The notes under the pieces are model-generated. The model ran no database searches and was not told where the DNA came from. It saw only the letters and a list, made by a program, of their open reading frames with translations. From contig JAZRQC010000037.1 in assembly GCA_045649565.1 (NCBI GenBank), positions 248-64,247 on the forward strand: a DNA stretch of 64,000 nucleotides. Direction: 5' to 3'. A program made the translations under genes and the position numbers. Shown piece by piece: positions 8,860 through 17,312 of this stretch. Each line of letters starts with the position of its first letter. Position 1 is the stretch's first letter. This stretch comes from Ructibacterium sp. (GTDB lineage Bacteria; Bacillota; Clostridia; Monoglobales; Monoglobaceae).

Positions 8860-10560
8860 TTACAGGGTGGTATCAATCTTATCTCTCTTGATTTTGTTGG
8901 TGGTGGTTTTCTCAAAGGCACAATCTCTTACAACCACATGGTTGATTCTCTTGTAAACCACCAGTTGGTTACAATGTTCCACAACCTCTCTCGATGCAAG
9001 AGCAGCGCCGTCCTCAACGCCCATTTCCTGAAGCTTATCTTCGGAAAGGAATACCTGACAACCAAGTTTGGTTTCAATACCCTCTTCGTTCTTGACACCA
9101 TAAACAATAACTTCTTCGATGTAGGGAAGCTTCATAATATGTTCCTCGATTTCCTCGGGGAAGATATTCTTACCGTTGTCCAGAATGATGATGTTCTTCT
9201 TCCGTCCGGTGATAGCAAGCTGACCCAGTTCGGTAATCTTACCATAGTCACCGGTCTTGAACCAACCGTCCTCACCCAAAACTTCCTTGGTCAGTTCCGG
9301 TTGCTTGTAGTAACCCATCATTACCACATCACCCTTGACACAGATTTCTCCGGTGCCATCCTCGGCAGGATTGTCAATCTTCAATTCGCAACAGGGCAAA
9401 GGAAGACCTACCGTAGTGCAATCGTTAAAGGTATCGTGGTTTACACTAACCAAAGGAGAACACTCGGTAATGCCATAGCCATTGGTCAGGCTGATACCGA
9501 TGGAGTCAAAGAACTCTCCCAGTTCCTTGCGGAGGGGAGCACCGCCACAGACAATCTTCTTGAGCTTTCCGCCGAATGCCTGATGGACAGAGCCAAAGAG
9601 TTTCCGACGAAGGTCGATACCCACCTTACGAAGAGCATTGCTGACTTTGATCATCACTTTCAGGATGCTCTCTTTACCGGAGGCTTTTGCATTTGCCCAA
9701 ATCTTCTTATAGAACACTTCCACAAATGCGGGAACCAGATAAATATGCTCCGGCTGATAAACAGTCATATTTTTAAGAACCGTCTTTAAATTCTCATTGA
9801 TGCACAGAGTGGAATGGAAATGGATGGATACCAAAATTCCGGGTACTGCTTCATAGGTGTGATGATAGGGAAGTACCGACAGACCTCTGTCATAGATGGT
9901 GGAAACAGACAGACCATAGTATACACTACTTGCCAAGTTATGTTCGCTGAGCATAACACCCTTAGCAACACCGGTGGTACCGGAGGTGTACACCAACATC
10001 CGCATATCCATGGGATCTTTTTCTAAGGTTTCGAAACGATGGTCTCCGCCCTCGTAGAGTTCCTTACCTTTTTCAATCAGTTTTTTGTAGGAAAGGGAAA
10101 GATCCGTATCTTCCTCTCCGTCTACTGCAATAAAGGTGGTAATCTTGGGAAAGTTTTCTCTATTTTCCCGAATGTAGTTTTCATACTTCTTGGTGTAGAA
10201 AAGAACCTCTGCATCACTTTCGCTCAAAACAAAATTCATTTGTTCGGGAGGGAGTTCTTTATCCACCGGAACGTATACACCGTCACTCTGCAGGACGGTC
10301 AGGTAGATACAAATCCAGTTATAACTGTTCTCACCTACATTTGCAATATGCTTTTTGTTCAATCCCAGATTGCAAAGAGCGGTACCGATATACATGGTGG
10401 TATCGCGGAACTCTTTGAAGGTCACGTCGCGAATTTCTCCGTTCTCACGGAACTTAAAGCCGACCTTTTCGCCAGCATCCTCTACCGCCATATCCACCAT
10501 CTGTCTGATGGTTTCGAACTTTTTGTGGGTGGGTTTGTAATCGTATTTTGCCTTTTTCAT
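8860..10560 (-). CDS. AMP-dependent acyl-CoA synthetase/ligase (long-chain-fatty-acid-CoA ligase-like)
   Basis: Start moved to the ATG at 10560 (GGAGA RBS). It carries the AMP-binding motif LVYTSGTTGVAKGVMLSH-like block (MLVYTSGTTGVAKGVMLSEHN), then TGDYG and KIKR near the C-terminus. Confidence 0.85.
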   Translation of the reverse strand: MKKAKYDYKPTHKKFETIRQMVDMAVEDAGEKVGFKFRENGEIRDVTFKEFRDTTMYIGTALCNLGLNKKHIANVGENSYNWICIYLTVLQSDGVYVPVDKELPPEQMNFVLSESDAEVLFYTKKYENYIRENRENFPKITTFIAVDGEEDTDLSLSYKKLIEKGKELYEGGDHRFETLEKDPMDMRMLVYTSGTTGVAKGVMLSEHNLASSVYYGLSVSTIYDRGLSVLPYHHTYEAVPGILVSIHFHSTLCINENLKTVLKNMTVYQPEHIYLVPAFVEVFYKKIWANAKASGKESILKVMIKVSNALRKVGIDLRRKLFGSVHQAFGGKLKKIVCGGAPLRKELGEFFDSIGISLTNGYGITECSPLVSVNHDTFNDCTTVGLPLPCCELKIDNPAEDGTGEICVKGDVVMMGYYKQPELTKEVLGEDGWFKTGDYGKITELGQLAITGRKKNIIILDNGKNIFPEEIEEHIMKLPYIEEVIVYGVKNEEGIETKLGCQVFLSEDKLQEMGVEDGAALASREVVEHCNQLVVYKRINHVVVRDCAFEKTTTNKIKRDKIDTTL

Positions 10561-10698
10561 AACATTCTCCATTTCATTTTCTATGATTTCAGCCGTATCA
10601 GACGATGTCTCATTTATATTCTTGTGTAATATTTTATCATAAGCGTTTTTCTCCTGCAAGAAAAATAAAGCAATTTTTCATAACATTTTTGTTACAAA

Positions 10699-10730
10699 GC
10701 AAAAAGGAAGGAACAAAGTTCCTCCCTTAC
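10699..10730 (-). terminator. intrinsic terminator after the oxidoreductase gene
   Basis: Stem aggaaggaac / gttcctccct (one mismatch) with a T-run on the minus strand. Confidence 0.55.
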
Positions 10731-10740
10731 AATTTGATAC

Positions 10741-12060
10741 TTAAATTTCAATTGGCATAATCTTATTCTCTTTTCTCGCCTGATCCGCACGGAACACGGC
10801 AAGATGTCCTACCATGGACTGCTTCAGTTCGGTACAGGAGATGGAAGGTTCGCCACCCTTAACGTACTCTACGAAGTCTGCCACCAATCTGGCATCACCG
10901 CCACCGTGGCCACCGGTTGCACCGGTCATATCTCCGGTAATCTTCAAATCCACATCCTCAAGAACATGTCCTCTGTAACTTTCGGGCATAGGCTTTTTAA
11001 TCTGGTAGGTCTGGTGGTCAAAGACACCACGGATTTCGCCCTTGGTACCAATGACATGGATATATCTTTGTGCACCGGGGGTACCGCCCACCAGGTTAAA
11101 GGTACCGGAAGCACCGTTTTCGAAGTTATATACCACGGTCTGGTTTTCAATACTGGAACCTCTGTCGATATCCCATACACATCTTCCAAAAGAACTGGTC
11201 TTTAAGTTTTCAATCTTCTCTTCGTCGGTGAAATTCATGCCGTCTACGATATTGGCACCATCCTTCTCGTTCTCTGCCCAAACATAGAACGCCCAACGAT
11301 CGTGTTCCTTGCTTACATAGTTCCGCTTCGCAGAGTAGGGACATTCCTTTTCAATGGGACAATCCACCACACAACGGGTTCCTGCATTTGCAGGTTTCTT
11401 CTCCTTGACGAACTTAAAGCAAGAGCCGTTACTGTAAACACTTACCGGCTTTACATCTCCCATCAGCCACATCATCAAATCCACATCGTGACAGGATTTT
11501 GCCAGAAGCACGGAAGATCCGCACGATTCCTCCGAAGGCCAAGGACCACGCACATAACAAGAAATCATATGATGGTATGCAATATGCTCGGTCATCTGGA
11601 TATTGTAAACATCTCCGATTTCACCGCTTGCAATGATTTCTTTGATTCTGCGATAGAAAGGTGCATATCGAAGCACGTGACAAATCATTACCTTAACACC
11701 TGCTTCTTCCGCTACCTTGGCAAGTTCTTTCATTTCCTCTTCATTTACTGCGAAGGGCTTTTCCAAAAGCATATCATATCCCTTCTTGAGCAAAGGAATC
11801 GAAGTGGGAACATGGTCGGTATCCTGTGTACCGTTTAAGATGGCATCCGCAAGTTTATCATGCTTTGCCAACTCTTCCGCACTTTCAAAACACATCTCAT
11901 CCGGAATGTTAAACTTCTTCTGTGCCGCTTTTCTTCTCAGTTCACTGACCTCGGCTACACCAACAATCTGCATTTTATCCGGATTTGCCAAAGCATACTC
12001 CGAATAGCGCATAGCACGAAAGCCTGCACCGACAATAATCACTTTTAAGGGTTCACTCAT
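10741..12060 (-). CDS. Gfo/Idh/MocA family oxidoreductase
   Basis: The ATG at 12060 lies 8 nt after GGAGG; the track start is a TTG. The N-terminal Rossmann motif is KVIIVGAGFRAMRY. Confidence 0.85.
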   Translation of the reverse strand: MSEPLKVIIVGAGFRAMRYSEYALANPDKMQIVGVAEVSELRRKAAQKKFNIPDEMCFESAEELAKHDKLADAILNGTQDTDHVPTSIPLLKKGYDMLLEKPFAVNEEEMKELAKVAEEAGVKVMICHVLRYAPFYRRIKEIIASGEIGDVYNIQMTEHIAYHHMISCYVRGPWPSEESCGSSVLLAKSCHDVDLMMWLMGDVKPVSVYSNGSCFKFVKEKKPANAGTRCVVDCPIEKECPYSAKRNYVSKEHDRWAFYVWAENEKDGANIVDGMNFTDEEKIENLKTSSFGRCVWDIDRGSSIENQTVVYNFENGASGTFNLVGGTPGAQRYIHVIGTKGEIRGVFDHQTYQIKKPMPESYRGHVLEDVDLKITGDMTGATGGHGGGDARLVADFVEYVKGGEPSISCTELKQSMVGHLAVFRADQARKENKIMPIEI

Positions 12061-12175
12061 TTTCAAAACCTCCGTCTATTGACTTTTATTGATTTTAGTT
12101 TATAATGAATTTATCGAGAATTCTATATCATTTTTGATTTAAACCAGCACATATTTGACCTAAGGAGGCTTTTTT

Positions 12176-13030
12176 ATGCCGAATCTTTCCGTCTACGAAA
12201 CCATACCGGAACTTCCCAATCATTTTTCGGTGAAGCTCCACACCCAATACACCCAAAGATACATCACACCACGCTGGCACGAGCATATTGAGATTCTGTA
12301 CTTCCAAGAGGGAACCGGGGATGTGACCTGCGGGGACGTGACCTATCCCGTGGCATCGGGGGATGTGATTTACGTAAACTCCACCTACATTCACGCCATC
12401 CGTCCCACCACCAAACTTCACTATTATTGTCTCATCCTCTATCCTGATTTCTTTAAGGATATTCATTTCGACCCGAAGATGCTGATTACCACACACATCA
12501 AGGGGGATACCTTTATCAAGGACTTGTTTTTGAAAATCTTTGAAGAGGGGGAGCTTTGTCCTAACGGGGTGGATCTTACTATCAAGGCAACGGCGGGAAG
12601 CGATATGATTGTCAAAGGCCACGCTTATACACTGATGGGGTATCTTACCCGAAATTATCCCGATCATCGGATGAATGATACGGACAGTTCCAATCACTCT
12701 TTGAAACTCCATCGTGCCAAGATGATTTTTGACTATATTGGGAAACATTACAACGAACCGATTACATCAAAGCAACTTGCTGACCTTTGTCACGTGAACG
12801 AAAGTTACTTCTGTCGGTTCTTCCGCAAAAGTTTCGGCAAAACACCCCTTTCCTACCTGAACGAATATCGGACAGAAAAGGCGGCACTTCTTTTAAAAGA
12901 GACGCAGAAAAGCATTACGGAAATTGCTTTGGAGACAGGTTTTGAGAACAGCAACTACTTCACCCGTATTTTTAAAAAGTTAAAGGGATGTTCTCCCTCC
13001 GCTTTTCGGAAAAGTTCCACAAGAGGTTAG
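12176..13030 (+). CDS. AraC family transcriptional regulator (cupin-like N-terminus plus HTH)
   Basis: AAGGAGG RBS. The C-terminal HTH blocks are ITSKQLADLCHVNESYFCRFFRKSFGKTP and ITEIALETGFENSNYFTRIFKK. Confidence 0.85.
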   Translation: MPNLSVYETIPELPNHFSVKLHTQYTQRYITPRWHEHIEILYFQEGTGDVTCGDVTYPVASGDVIYVNSTYIHAIRPTTKLHYYCLILYPDFFKDIHFDPKMLITTHIKGDTFIKDLFLKIFEEGELCPNGVDLTIKATAGSDMIVKGHAYTLMGYLTRNYPDHRMNDTDSSNHSLKLHRAKMIFDYIGKHYNEPITSKQLADLCHVNESYFCRFFRKSFGKTPLSYLNEYRTEKAALLLKETQKSITEIALETGFENSNYFTRIFKKLKGCSPSAFRKSSTRG

Positions 13031-13089
13031 GCAAAAAGTTTTTGTTTTTGATGAAAATGTCCGTTTTCGAAATTTTTACGAAAAATTAC

Positions 13090-13118
13090 TGTACAAACAG
13101 TCTTTCTTATGATATAAT
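13090..13118 (+). promoter_or_regulatory. predicted sigma-A-type promoter of rex
   Basis: tgtaca (4/6 match to TTGACA), 17-nt spacer, then extended -10 TGaTATAAT at 13110-13118. Confidence 0.5.
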
Positions 13119-13136
13119 TTGTTTGGAATTTAACAA
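13119..13136 (+). promoter_or_regulatory. candidate Rex operator
   Basis: TTGTTTGGAATTTAACAA matches the clostridial-type Rex half-sites TTGTTAA-N4-TTAACAA at 12 of 14 specified positions, with a perfect right half. It lies immediately downstream of the -10 element. Confidence 0.55.
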
Positions 13137-13166
13137 AGGTATGAAATTCCGGTAGGAGCGTACAAT

Positions 13167-13811
13167 ATGGAAAAAAGAATTTCAGATTCAGTCATCAATC
13201 GGTTGCCCCGATATTATCGGTACCTGACCGATTTGATTGAGAATGGAACAGAACGGATTTCTTCTCGGGAACTCAGTGAAAAGATGAACATTACTGCCTC
13301 ACAGATTCGGCAGGATTTGAACTGTTTCGGTGGCTTTGGTCAGCAAGGATACGGATATAATGTTAACCTTCTCCGAGACGAAATTGCCAAGATTTTAGGT
13401 ATTGACCAAGGTTATACCGCTATTCTGATTGGTGCGGGGCACATGGGTCGCACCTTTGCCACCAACACCAAGTTTGAAACCAGAGGTTTTCGATTGATTG
13501 GTATTTTTGACTCTGACCCCAAAAAGGTTGGTCAGGAAGTAGCACACCACACCATCCGTGATTACTCCACCATTCAGGATTTCATACAGGAGAATCAACC
13601 CAAAATGGCAATCCTCACCGTTCCCAAGGATGCGATGCATCGGGTGGCAGAAGAGATGATTCAGTATGGCATCCGCGCCTTTTTGAACTTCTCCTACACT
13701 GAACTCTCCGACAATGATGATGATATTGTGGTAGAGAATGTACATTTAAGCGATAGTTTGATGCGGCTTTCTTACAAACTCTCTAAAAAGGACAAAGAAA
13801 CCGAGAAATAA
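13167..13811 (+). CDS. rex: redox-sensing transcriptional repressor Rex
   Basis: The N-terminal RLPRYYRYL ... ISSRELSEKMNITASQIRQDLNCFGGFGQQGYGYNV, followed by the Rossmann motif LIGAGHMG, is the hallmark Rex architecture. Confidence 0.9.
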   Translation: MEKRISDSVINRLPRYYRYLTDLIENGTERISSRELSEKMNITASQIRQDLNCFGGFGQQGYGYNVNLLRDEIAKILGIDQGYTAILIGAGHMGRTFATNTKFETRGFRLIGIFDSDPKKVGQEVAHHTIRDYSTIQDFIQENQPKMAILTVPKDAMHRVAEEMIQYGIRAFLNFSYTELSDNDDDIVVENVHLSDSLMRLSYKLSKKDKETEK

Positions 13812-13829
13812 TAGAAACGGAGGCGTCCC

Positions 13830-14651
13830 ATGAAGGTATATGCTTTGGTTGGAAAATCCGGAACCGGCAAAAGTCATCACAGTCTGGCAGTTGCCCGTGA
13901 ACATGGCATTGACCATATCATTGATGATGGGCTTTTGATTTCCGACAATCGTATCATTGCCGGTCGTTCTGCCAAGCGTGCCGCCACCAAAGTGGCCTCG
14001 GTCCGCACCGCCATCTTCAGCGAGAATGACCACATTTTAGAAGTGCGGAACGCCATTCGGGATAATCAGGTAGAGTCTTTACTGATTATCGGTACCAGTA
14101 ACAAGATGGTAAACAAGATTGCCGAAGCGCTTCAAGTGGCGCCCATTGAGCGGATCATTCAAATCGAAGAGGTTTGTACGCCGGAAGAAATTTCCACCGC
14201 CTATGAAATGCGAAACAAACACGGAAAACATGTTATTCCTGTTCCTACCTTCGAATTGAAAAAACAGTTTTCCGGATATTTTATTGATTCTTTAAATTTG
14301 TTGTTTAAGAAAAAGGGGCAGACCATCGTAGAAGAAAAAACGGTCATGCGCCCCTCCTACAGTTATCTTGGTGAATATAAAATTTCACCCAAAGCAATCT
14401 CCGACATCTGCACCTATGAGGCCATGCAGTTTTCCAGCATCCACAAGGTGTTGCGTGTCAAGAATGACATGACTTCCGACGGACAGTTGCTCTTGGATAT
14501 TGATGTTTCCATGTACTTCCCTTGTCGGGTTTCCAAGCAGGCATCCCTCATCTCAAAACGGATTCAGGAAGCCATTGAGGATTTTACATCCATTAATGTG
14601 AGACGGGTAAACATCAATGTAAAAACGTTGCAAATCAAAAGCAACGACTAA
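13830..14651 (+). CDS. P-loop (Walker A) protein with an Asp23/Gls24-like C-terminal region; function unknown
   Basis: GGAGG RBS, 18 nt after rex. Walker A is GKSGTGKS at residues 8-15. The C-terminal part (KISPKAISDICTYEAMQFSSIHKV ... INVRRVNINVKTL) resembles the alkaline-shock Asp23 family. Confidence 0.6.
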   Translation: MKVYALVGKSGTGKSHHSLAVAREHGIDHIIDDGLLISDNRIIAGRSAKRAATKVASVRTAIFSENDHILEVRNAIRDNQVESLLIIGTSNKMVNKIAEALQVAPIERIIQIEEVCTPEEISTAYEMRNKHGKHVIPVPTFELKKQFSGYFIDSLNLLFKKKGQTIVEEKTVMRPSYSYLGEYKISPKAISDICTYEAMQFSSIHKVLRVKNDMTSDGQLLLDIDVSMYFPCRVSKQASLISKRIQEAIEDFTSINVRRVNINVKTLQIKSND

Positions 14652-14694
14652 CTTTCGAAAATTTAATTAAATATATAAATGGAGGTTTTACAAA

Positions 14695-15546
14695 ATGTTA
14701 GTTACAGGTAAAGAAATTCTGGATCATGCCCACAAGAACGGCTATGCCGTAGGTGCATTCAACTTTGTCAACATGGAAATGCTGCAGGCAATCCTTGCTG
14801 CTGCTGAAGAGGAAAAGGCTCCTGTCTTTGTTCAGACATCCGAAGGTGCTCTCTCCTATGCAGGTGTTGGTATGCTCTCTGCTATGGTACACCAGTTGGC
14901 AAGCGAAGTAAGTGTTCCCGTTGCACTGCATCTGGATCACGGCGGCAGTTTTGAAGTTGCTGTAAAGTGTATCCGCAACGGTTGGTCTTCCGTTATGATC
15001 GACGGTTCTCATCATCCTCTGGAAGGCAACATCGAAGTTTCTCGTCGCGTTGTTGACGTAGCACATGCAAGCGGTGTTTCCGTTGAGGCAGAACTGGGTC
15101 GTCTTGGTGGTATCGAGGATAACATCTGTGTTGACGAGAAGGACGCTATGTACACCAACCCTGCAGAGGCAAAGCAGTTCGTTACCGAATCCGGTGTTGA
15201 CTATCTGGCAATTGCTATCGGTACTGCTCATGGTAAGTACAAGGGTATCCCCAAGCTGGACTTTGATCGTCTGAACACCATCAAGCAGGATTTGAACATG
15301 CCCTTGGTTCTCCACGGTGCATCCGGTGTAGATGAAGAAAGCATCAAGAAGGCAGTTTCTCTGGGTATCAACAAGATTAACATCGATACCGAGCTCCGTT
15401 GCGCTTATACCGATAAGCTTCGTGCTTGTCTGGCAGAAGACACCGAAGTATTTGACCTGAGAAAGTACATCAAGCCTGCTCGTGAAGATGTAAAGGCAAA
15501 GGTTATTGAGAAGATTCGTCTTTTCGGCTCCAACGGCAAAGCGTAA
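14695..15546 (+). CDS. fba: class II fructose-1,6-bisphosphate aldolase
   Basis: Carries GYAVGAFNFVNMEMLQAILAAAEEEKAPVFVQTSEGA, LHLDHG and LVLHGASG, which are class II FBA/tagatose-bisphosphate aldolase motifs. Confidence 0.9.
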   Translation: MLVTGKEILDHAHKNGYAVGAFNFVNMEMLQAILAAAEEEKAPVFVQTSEGALSYAGVGMLSAMVHQLASEVSVPVALHLDHGGSFEVAVKCIRNGWSSVMIDGSHHPLEGNIEVSRRVVDVAHASGVSVEAELGRLGGIEDNICVDEKDAMYTNPAEAKQFVTESGVDYLAIAIGTAHGKYKGIPKLDFDRLNTIKQDLNMPLVLHGASGVDEESIKKAVSLGINKINIDTELRCAYTDKLRACLAEDTEVFDLRKYIKPAREDVKAKVIEKIRLFGSNGKA

Positions 15547-15566
15547 GCTTTTTCCGGTCGTGCTTG

Positions 15567-15595
15567 AAAGGAGCGTGACGCTCCACCCAAAGCCG
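15567..15595 (+). repeat. copy 1 of a short dispersed element (core gcgtgacgctccacccaa)
   Basis: The 18-nt core at 15573-15590 is identical to 31415-31432. The 29-nt flanked version differs at 2 positions. The core contains the palindrome gagcgt-g-acgctc. Confidence 0.7.
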
Positions 15596-15624
15596 ATGGT
15601 AATGTATCATAAAGATAAAACGAG

Positions 15625-15656
15625 ATTGCCGAGCCACAAGGTTCGGCAATTTTTTG
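15625..15656 (+). terminator. intrinsic terminator of fba
   Basis: Stem attgccga / tcggcaat followed by TTTTT. Confidence 0.8.
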
Positions 15657-15768
15657 TGTAACTGCAACGAAGAATGGCAGTTACGCACAAAGAGTACGCG
15701 CCCTCCTAAGAAAGACTCGCATCAAAGCAATCTTACCTCATTTTCTGCGCACTAGATTTACAAATGAT

Positions 15769-15798
15769 GACTCCCTAATTCCTAGGGAGTCTTTTTTT
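15769..15798 (+). terminator. orphan intrinsic terminator (no annotated upstream ORF)
   Basis: 9-bp stem gactcccta / tagggagtc followed by T7. It lies 110 nt downstream of the fba terminator. Confidence 0.7.
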
Positions 15799-15930
15799 GG
15801 GAGATAGCAACGGGGTTTCAAAAGGGGCAGAGCCCCTTTGTCGACTCCACACCGAAGGGGTGGAGAGAACCGCTCGGGTGGGCGAGCGGAACCGGGCAAG
15901 GCATCGCAAATGAAATCATACTCACAAAAC

Positions 15931-15963
15931 AAAAAAGTAGAAACAAATATGTTTCTACTTTTT
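15931..15963. terminator. bidirectional intrinsic terminator after the CNNM/CorC gene
   Basis: A6 run, stem agtagaaac / gtttctact, then T5 run. The stop of the minus-strand gene is at 15971. Confidence 0.8.
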
Positions 15964-15970
15964 AACTTTT

Positions 15971-17227
15971 TTATTCTTCCTCTTCGTCTTCTACAGGTTC
16001 ATACTTTACCAGAACCTTTCCGACCCGTCGTCCGTCCAGTTCTTTTACCACAACATGGAAACTTCCGTCAGTAAAGGCATCCCCTACCTCAGGCATTTTG
16101 TCCAGTTGTTCCATAACCCAACCGCTGACGGTGTTCTGTTCGATATCACAATCCATTTCGAAAAGTTCAAACAACTCTTCCACATCGGCACTGCCCAAAA
16201 CCAGATATTCATTCTCACTGATTTTCTCAATATCCTGCACCACGTCATCGTGCTCATCCCAGATTTCACCAACCAGTTCTTCTAAGATGTCCTCCATGGT
16301 AACAACCCCCATGGTACCGCCATACTCGTCGGTAACAATGGCCATGTGGGATTTTGACTTCTGCAGATGCTTAATCAACTTGGAAATTTTAATAGAATCC
16401 GAAACAAAGATTGCAGGCTTGATGATATCCTGCAGAGTTTGTCCTTTGGTGTGAAGCATCACAAAGAAGTCTCTTTGATGAATGACACCGATAATATTAT
16501 CGATGGTATCCTTATAAACAGGGATTCTGGAATAACGACTCTCCATAAACATCCGATAGATTGCCTGATGGTCTTCTTCCGCATCTACCGCCATCAAGTC
16601 AACTCTTGATGTCAAAATGTCACCTGCATCCAAATCCTTGAATTCAATGGCACTCTTAATCAGGTCGCCCTCTTCCTCGTCAATCTCACCCTCGCTTTGC
16701 GCTTCTTCTACAATGGTAAGGAGTTCTTCGTCGGTAATGCCTGCACTTTCCTTTGTCTTGAACACCTTTTGCAGAAGTTTCTTCCACATTCCGAACAATC
16801 GGTTAAAGGGCGTCATAACCACCAAAAGAATCCGCATCAAAGGCGCAGAGAACATAGCAAAAGCCTCAGGAGATTCTTTGGCAAGGCTCTTGGGAGAAAT
16901 CTCACCGAAAATCAAAACTGCTACCGTCATCACAATGGTAGAAACCGTAACACCATAATCGGGGAAGAATTTCAAGAATAACACGGTTGCCAAGGAGGAT
17001 GCCGCAATATTCACAACATTATTACCAATCAGAATACTGGATAACAAATCGTCATATCGATCCGTAAGATATAAAGCCAGTTCTGCCTTTTTGTTTCCGT
17101 CATTTGCAAGATTCTTCAGTCGAATTCGGTTCAAAGACGAAAATGCCGTCTCGGTTGCCGAAAAATACGCGGAACATATCACAAGTATAATCAATGTGAT
17201 TATCATACCCGTACTGCTACTGTCCAT
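15971..17227 (-). CDS. CNNM/HlyC-CorC family transporter (DUF21 membrane domain, CBS pair, CorC_HlyC domain)
   Basis: The hydrophobic N-terminal third carries FSATETAFSSLNRIRL. It is followed by a CBS-pair region and the C-terminal transporter-associated domain (TVSGWVMEQLDKMPEVGD). Confidence 0.85.
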   Translation of the reverse strand: MDSSSTGMIITLIILVICSAYFSATETAFSSLNRIRLKNLANDGNKKAELALYLTDRYDDLLSSILIGNNVVNIAASSLATVLFLKFFPDYGVTVSTIVMTVAVLIFGEISPKSLAKESPEAFAMFSAPLMRILLVVMTPFNRLFGMWKKLLQKVFKTKESAGITDEELLTIVEEAQSEGEIDEEEGDLIKSAIEFKDLDAGDILTSRVDLMAVDAEEDHQAIYRMFMESRYSRIPVYKDTIDNIIGVIHQRDFFVMLHTKGQTLQDIIKPAIFVSDSIKISKLIKHLQKSKSHMAIVTDEYGGTMGVVTMEDILEELVGEIWDEHDDVVQDIEKISENEYLVLGSADVEELFELFEMDCDIEQNTVSGWVMEQLDKMPEVGDAFTDGSFHVVVKELDGRRVGKVLVKYEPVEDEEEE

Positions 17228-17279
17228 AAGGAAAAAATCACCTCAAACTTCAAAATATTATCTGCAGTATATCACAAAC

Positions 17280-17311
17280 AGGAAAGGACTGCAAGTCCTT
17301 TCCTGCTTTTT
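17280..17311 (-). terminator. terminator-like hairpin after the oxidoreductase gene
   Basis: 11-bp stem aggaaaggact / agtcctttcct; the downstream minus-strand T-tract is only moderate. Confidence 0.5.
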
Positions 17312-17312
17312 C

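Noticed and set aside
12128-12748. 206-aa minus-strand ORF overlapping the AraC gene at 12176-13030
   Set aside because: It is antisense to a gene with a clear RBS and AraC HTH motifs, and it has no motif or RBS of its own.
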